DNA of 64,000 bases, taken from contig OZ024741.1 of assembly GCA_964016885.1 (NCBI GenBank), forward strand, positions 76,880,001-76,944,000. Reading direction: 5' to 3'. The notes beneath the pieces are model-generated. The model made no database searches. It worked only from the letters and a program-made list of their open reading frames with translations, and was not told the origin of the DNA. Each line of letters starts with the position of its first letter. Position 1 is the stretch's first letter. The position numbers were made by a program, and so were the translations under genes. Below, in pieces: positions 57,538 through 64,000 of this stretch. The stretch comes from Eledone cirrhosa (lineage: Eukaryota).

Positions 57538-57855
57538 GTCGCATGGCTTAGTAGTTAGAACATTGGGCTTGCAATCAAGAAGTTGTGAGTTTGATTCTCA
57601 GACCAGGTAATGTGTTGTGTCCTTGAGCAAGACACTTTGTTTCATGTTGCTCCAGTTTACTCAGCTGTACAAATGAGTTGTGATGTCACTGGTGCCATGC
57701 TATGTAGGTCATTGCCTTTCCCTTGGAAAACATCGGTGGAATAGAGTGGGGAGACTGGTATGCACAGGCGACCTAGCCTGGACTTGTGCCTTGGTGAGAA
57801 CTTTCTAGGTACAAATCCCATGGTCATTCGTGACTGAAGGGGATCTTTACCCTTA
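57538..57855 (+). mobile_element. tRNA-derived SINE with V-domain-like core
   Basis: 'tggcttagtagttag' A-box, 'gtgtccttgagcaagacact' core, ends at (TA)n. Confidence 0.7.
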
Positions 57856-58429
57856 TATATATATATATTAGCAGTAGCACTAACATAGCATAATTCATAA
57901 TAGAGGTGTATTATCATAATCATCAGTATTTAAGGGCTGCCTTCCTATCCAAACTTCTAGGCACTGTCCCTAAGGCTTATATTACATTTGGGATGATAAC
58001 AACTTTGCAAAGAATCGCTGGAAAGATTTTTCAGGCAAAACCAACCAGTTAGTGACCCAGGGGTAGACTCTGAGCAAGATGGTTGGATAACATCCATGAG
58101 CTTGGCTGGTCTTGCTTGGGGATCAGTTGGAGATGGTTGCATCTGACAGGACCCACCGGAAGGAGTGTTTGTGGACTCTACCCTACAACCCTCTCAGGAA
58201 TAAGTGGATGAAGAACAATTTTGCAGCAATTCCAGATTCTCTGCATTTCCTGTTTCAGGTCTGGGCACCTTTTTTATTTTCTCTCATTTATTTACCATTC
58301 TAGTATCTAATGGACAAGCAGTCTCAATAAGCTAATACACTATTTTCGTTCTATTGAGTTTAGCAATATTTGGGCATGAATGCTTCATTTGCTTATCCAT
58401 TTAAATCTTTATATCCCATAATACTTTTA

Positions 58430-58757
58430 CATGCACCACTCTGTAAGGTGGTCATGCGACTACCATGACATAAAGGCACCCAGTCCACCCTGTTAGGTGG
58501 TCGTCCTGATGTCATGATAGAAAGCACCCAGTCCACTCTGTAAAGTGGTAGTAATGGTGCCATGAGAAAAGTTCCCAGAATATGCTATAATATGGTTGGC
58601 ATTAGGAAGGACATCCAGTCTTAGAAAACCAAACCAAAAACAGATCTCAATAAGCAAGAGATAGTCTCCTGATCTGGCTAGGCTAGCTTCATCATAGGAC
58701 AACCTCTTTAACCCATGCAAGCATGGAAAATAGATATTAAGCAGTGATGATGACGAT
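58430..58757 (+). mobile_element. RTE-type 3' UTR relic with (ATG)n tail
   Basis: 48-bp-like units, 'ggttggcattaggaaggacatccag', 'ttaagcagtgatgatgacgatg'. Confidence 0.7.
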
Positions 58758-59289
58758 GGTTGTTTTCAAGATTACATTCTGGTTTGTGGTTATATCACTT
58801 CTTCATGTGAACAAATTCAAATATTTTACACATAAGTCAATGTAAGATTGAAGCAACTTTGTCATGTCTCCAGTTCCTATGTTTTTCAGCAAGCATCTTA
58901 CATTCAGAGACCACATGTGCTACCAACATTTCTTTTTTCTACATATTCAGTTCAACCCTTGCTAGCAAGGAAACAACGATAATGATGATTCTGCACGCAA
59001 CTAGGATATCTTAATCTATATTCATTGTTTAACATGGGTTAGACGGGTTGTCCTATTTCTGGCTTGGTTTCTACAGGTTGATGCCCTTTCTAATGCCAAC
59101 CACATTTACAGTGTGTGCTGGGTACTTTTTGTCATGACACCTACATGACCACTCTACAGTGTGGGCTGGGTGCTTTTTGTCGTGATACCAACACAACCAC
59201 TATACAGTGTGGGCTGGCGCAAAGGTGTATGGAAGGCGAGGGATAATAGTGGTTTAGAGGTACATACTAGTTGTATTCTCTCTGATATG

Positions 59290-60661
59290 AGATGCAGCTT
59301 GGTTGTGTGCCTCAGAAAAGTACAACAGATGCTCTCTTCTTAGTGAGGCAACTACAAGAGAAGTTCTTAGAGAAGAATAAGCCACTATACTTAGCTTTTG
59401 TTGACCTAGAGAAGGCCTTTGATAAGGTACCCCAATCTGTCATCTGGTGGTCCCTAAGGAAACTAGGTGTAGAGGAATGGCTTGTGAGGGCAGTGCAAGC
59501 TATGTACAGGGGTGCTGTCAGTAAAGTGAGAGTAGGTATGGAGTTTAGTGAGGAATTCCAGATACAAGTAGGTGTACATCAGGGTTCGGTCCTCAGCCCG
59601 CTCTTGTTCATTATAGTCCTCCAAGCCATAACAGAAGAGTTTAAGACTGGATGCCCATGGGAACTTCTATATGCTGATGATCTGGCTCTTATAGCAGAAT
59701 CAGTAGAGGAGCTAGAGAATAAATTCTGGCTATAGAAACAGCAGTTTGGAATTAAGAGGACTGAGAGTGAACATAGCTAAGACAAAAGTATTGATAAGTA
59801 GAAGAGAGGACAATACTCCGATTCCATCAGGGAAATGGCCATGTTCGATATGTAGGAAAGGAACTGGCATAAATTCCATAAAATGTACGCAATGCAGATT
59901 TTGGGTACACAAGAGATGTAGTGGAATAGCAGGCAAACTAACAGATAGGGAAAACTACGTATGCAGTAGATGTACAGGGAAAGATGGCAGTATTAATCGC
60001 AGAGATAGACACATTTTTCCAATGCAGGTGAGTTCTATAGAAGTGGTTGATAGCTTCCGGTACCTAGGTGATCAGATTAACATGGGATGGGGTGCTCTGA
60101 GGCCATAGTATCTAGAATAAGGACGGGTTGGAAGAAGTTTAGGGAGCTGCTTCCTTTGTTGATAAAGAAGGGTTTCTCCCTGCATACGAAAGGACGGTTA
60201 TATGATGCCTGTGTGAGATGCGTGATGCTGCATGGTAGTGAGACATGGGCGGCAACTGCAGAGGATATGTGATGGCTGGAGAGAAATGAAGCAAGTGTGC
60301 TCCATTGGATGTGCAATGTCAATGTGCGTGAACGACCAAGCATGGATGAGTTGAGAAAGAAACTGGGTATAAGAGAGGTAAGTTGTGGTGTACAGGAGAG
60401 AAGGCTGAGATGGTATGGACATGTGATGCACATGGAGGATGACCGCTGGGTAAAGAAGTGCCAAGAAATCCCAGTAGAAGGAAGACGCAGTAGAGGTAGA
60501 TCACGTAATACATGGGCGGAGGTGGTGAGAGCAAACCTCAGATCGCTGAAACTCACCAAGGAGATGACGAAGGACCGTGACAAGTGGAGAGATGCTGTGC
60601 TGAATAGGACCCATCCAACCCTTGCAAGCAGGGAAAAGCGGATGTAAAATGATGATGATGA
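59290..60661 (+). pseudogene. Second RTE family, 5'-truncated, several stops
   Basis: ORFs 59292-60647 with YADD and PHD insert; (ATG)n tail at ~60649. Confidence 0.92.
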
Positions 60662-60829
60662 TATCTCATTCTGAATGCTTGATCCTGCATGGCTAAGATT
60701 AAGTCATCTGTCTCTCTCTTCAGACCCCTCTATTTTAGCTACTGGAATGACTTTTCTTCTTGATACCCTTCAGTATTTTGGAGAAACTTTCCATGTAAGC
60801 ACTTTTGATCATATCATTGCATTCTAGTT

Positions 60830-61980
60830 TTGAGGATTTCACTTATTTCCCTTCCATTACTTATTATCTCTTCTCTTTGTGTTGCTATTAAGAACACCCC
60901 TTCTCTATCAGCAACATACTTCCTTAGGTTCTCTATATTTATCCTCACACAGTCTTCTACACTTATCAACCCTCATCCTCTCTCTTTTCTGCTGAAATAT
61001 AACCTGTTGATATTTGCCTATGGTGGAAGGTTCTATATATTGTCACCAACTTCCTTTTTTTTTTATCTAACTTCTGAAGGTATTTCTTTGTCCATTTTAT
61101 TAGTCATGCACTGTATCTGATGATAGATACTGCTCATAGCACTGATGGTATTCATGCCATTGAGTTTGGATTTTAATATCTCCTTTACCTTTTGTAGATA
61201 TTCTCCCCTGATTTTGTTTTTCATTAATCCATTTTCTATGTTGTCAGCTTTAAACCCCAACAGATATTTATATCTATCATCTGTGTCATTGTTAGATCTT
61301 CTCTTTGGTAAATCCATCTTGTCATTTTTATTGTATTTGCCTCTCTTCATCATAAATATTTCATATTTGAAAAAAAACAAACTCCATTTTTATGTCATTA
61401 CCAAAAAATTCTCACTGAAGTGACAGCATCTTCAGTTCTCTCTCATTCTTACCATATAACTTCAGGTCACCTATGAACAGCAAATGCTTGATTCCCTTCC
61501 AGTCTTATCTTAAATTATATCCAGCTTTTATTTTCTTCAATTTTAGAGAAAGTGGGAAAAGAGCAATGACAAACAATATGGGTGATAAGCTATTCCCTTG
61601 TCCCCCCCCCCTCTCCTTCTGACTCCTCCAAGTGAGTGTCCCCCTGCTGTTAGTTCTGTTCTCCACTCCACCATGCTTACTTTTATCAGTTCAGTAATAT
61701 TATCTGTAATTCAGAACATTCTGAAGATCTTCAAAATTCAAGAGTGGGGGACCACATCTTATGCTTTCTTGTAATTGATACCCCCACCCTTGCTAACCTA
61801 GTTTTTCTTCCTTTGCAGTTTCTTATCATCTTGTTAATTAACAGCTGATCTTTTGTTGCTCTTGAATTTCTCCAACACCCTTTCTGTTCATTAGGAAGTG
61901 TTTTGTTCCTCTAGGTGAGCTTGGATACTTTCTGCAAACATACTTCCTAATAGTTTCTCTTTGCCCTAGGGACCACATTA
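60830..61980 (-). pseudogene. Degenerate non-LTR RT, R4/Dong-like
   Basis: 'QGNSLSPILFVIA', 'HLLFIGDLKLYG', 'YKYL..EYLQKVKEILKSKLNGMNTISA'; clade assignment is from recall of family motifs. Confidence 0.6.
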
Positions 61981-62171
61981 GGTGATTTAGCGATCTCTCT
62001 CTATAATTCTTAGTCTTTCTTTTTAGATAGATACATAGATATAACGTTGTGCCCTTATAATATCTGTGTGTATGTCTGGCTGTCTGCATTACAACATTAT
62101 GACATCGCTATCTGTGTGTGTATATATATATATAGTGTGTAACGTTTTTCAAAATATTTACTTCTGCGTTC

Positions 62172-62247
62172 ACAGATTGATTTTTTTTGTTTCAGAAGAT
62201 CCCGTTAAGGGTGAAAGCAGCGATTCTTTGCTTAAATTTTAATCTGT
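62172..62247 (+). ncRNA. Degenerate type I hammerhead (U4A)
   Basis: TTT-CAGAAGA-tCCCgttaaGGGt-GAAA-GCA..TGC-TT-AAA with distal acagattga/ttaatctgt pairing. Confidence 0.45.
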
Positions 62248-62384
62248 TATTTTAATATATATATATATATATAACTATATATTCGTGTACAGATATTTTT
62301 GCATACACAATAGCAAAATATAAACAAACATATTTATTTCAAGAGGCTCGATAAGGATAAATATGTATCAAATATATAAGAACC

Positions 62385-62422
62385 CTAGAGCAAATCCCGA
62401 GCAATGCCGGGATTTGCTCTAG
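62385..62422. other. Perfect 15-bp hairpin ending CTAG, Helitron 3'-terminus-like
   Basis: CTAGAGCAAATCCCG-agcaatgc-CGGGATTTGCTCTAG|T. Confidence 0.45.
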
Positions 62423-62489
62423 TTATTTACTAAAACTTATCAAAAGTTAGGCGAGAGTAATGATAAGAATGAATGAATCTACTCTCAGC

Positions 62490-62740
62490 TTGTTCCTGTA
62501 GATCAGATGGCAGTTGGGAAAAAAGCATTCACCCTTGCTGATTGTGGATCTATGAGGTTCCTCAATTAATCTTAGGTATTCAACTCTCCATACCAGGAGG
62601 ATTGAATGCCTCATAATTGTATACTATACTTGTTACCAATTTTCTCTTTTCTATGTAAATCCCCACTTTAATGTTGTAAATTGTCTTTGTAATGTCTCCT
62701 TCATCTGATACTCTTGTGGCAAATAAAAGGAATTATTATT
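62490..62740 (+). mobile_element. 3' end relic of an L1/Tx1-like LINE
   Basis: Ends 'cttgtggcaaataaaagg', matching the Tx1 3' terminus, then (ATT)n. Confidence 0.45.
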
Positions 62741-64000
62741 ATTTATATATATGTATCCATGTGTTTATTTATAAATGAGAAATCCATAAGAAAGAAACAC
62801 TAGAATTTGAAACAAGAACCCTGTAATCATTGATTACATTGCAGACTTGTTGGCTCACCTACCATCTAAGCATCCATGCCTACACACTCATTTCCATTCT
62901 AATGCTATTTATCTCTCTCTTGCATTCTTTAATGCTATTTATCTCACCTTCTTTTACACATTTTTTCTTGCTATTTATCTGTGACTTGATTCTTTTTCTA
63001 TATTGCTGTTTCTACCACGCCTCTTCTATTTCTGTTTCTCTCTTTTCCCATACAGGTGTTTGCGTGCATTATGTATGACTAAGATGGTATTATACTTACT
63101 GTACTTATGTACTGAGTCCTCTTTCTCAAAAAGGTTGCCATTATATGTATGTGGGCATGTATATATGTGCACATAAGTATGTGTATGTACAAGTATGCAT
63201 GGGTGTAGGGTCATAGACATAGTTGTGTCTATGTCTTTGCACAAGTATGTGCATGAGAGTGTGTATTTAGATTTTCAGCAAAGCACAAGTGAGGAATGTG
63301 TATATAGTGTGTTCTTGTTATTATCATTGAAATTATTATTTAAAAAATACAGAAACCATTATAATTGTGTTTATTGCTGTTATTATTCTTATTAATTATG
63401 GTTATTGTTGTTATTCTTTATACAATCACTTACCAGGTCATGACCTATAACATAGGGTAAAAGGATAGTAATTACTTTCAACTACTTGGAGAGGAGATAC
63501 CATCAAAGCATATTTAAGGAAAAAAATGTATGGTTTGTATGGATAACTTAGTATTGAATATTGATTTTTGTTTCTATATATAAGGTTAGATGTAAATAAA
63601 TGAAATTTAAATTAACTGAAGAAAGCAAACCTTTAGGGTTAGGGTATCTTACATTAATTTACTCTATAATTCCTCTTTAGATTGTGAGCACTCTTCATAG
63701 TATGCATGCAGTGCTAGTCAATATTTTTTTAATTTCCTGAAGAGATGGTTTACCCAGGATGTTGCTAAGATGTTTCTTATACCCTTTTCTTATCACTCCC
63801 AAGACCTCTATTACCATCAACATCATCATTATTACCAGTAGACTTAGAGATGCTTCAAGTACTTTTGGGAAGAACAGCCCTAAAGCCTCAAATTACTAAA
63901 GAGGAGAACTACAAAGTAAGGGTATGTGACCCACTCATACTTGTTTCTTTTTTCTTCTCTAAATGGCTATACTCAGAATAAGTTACATATGGGCTGGAGT

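Noticed and set aside
52990-57700. tRNA genes
   Set aside because: A/B-box-like heads run into SINE cores and no cloverleaf can be formed
63633-63644. TTAGGG telomeric repeat
   Set aside because: Only two units; expected by chance
63380-63920. Possible C-terminal relic of an RLE-type LINE or a host exon
   Set aside because: Too degenerate to support either call by eye

Overview
Repeat-dense animal genomic DNA. The repeat content suggests a cephalopod such as octopus, which is inference only. Host genes: the first coding exon of a protein kinase D gene on the minus strand (43200-43334, missed by the ORF track), and a probable divergent first exon at 44702-44733. Bases 1-43199 are therefore probably one very large PKD intron. 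The rest is mobile DNA. (i) A young RTE-clade LINE family with five large copies, one near-intact; it carries a PHD finger inside the RT and sits in huge interrupted (TA)n arrays whose polarity follows the element strand. (ii) A four-copy head-to-tail array of Tx1/L1-clade LINEs joined by (GATA)n, nested inside an old inverted repeat. (iii) Several Penelope-like fragments (RT, GIY-YIG, inverted pseudo-LTRs). (iv) About ten type I hammerhead-ribozyme motifs, many in fold-back pairs and one family with a covariant U3-A8 core. (v) Old RTE, R4/Dong-like, mariner and SINE relics. The long Tyr/Ile ORFs are microsatellite artefacts. Element boundaries were read by eye and are approximate.
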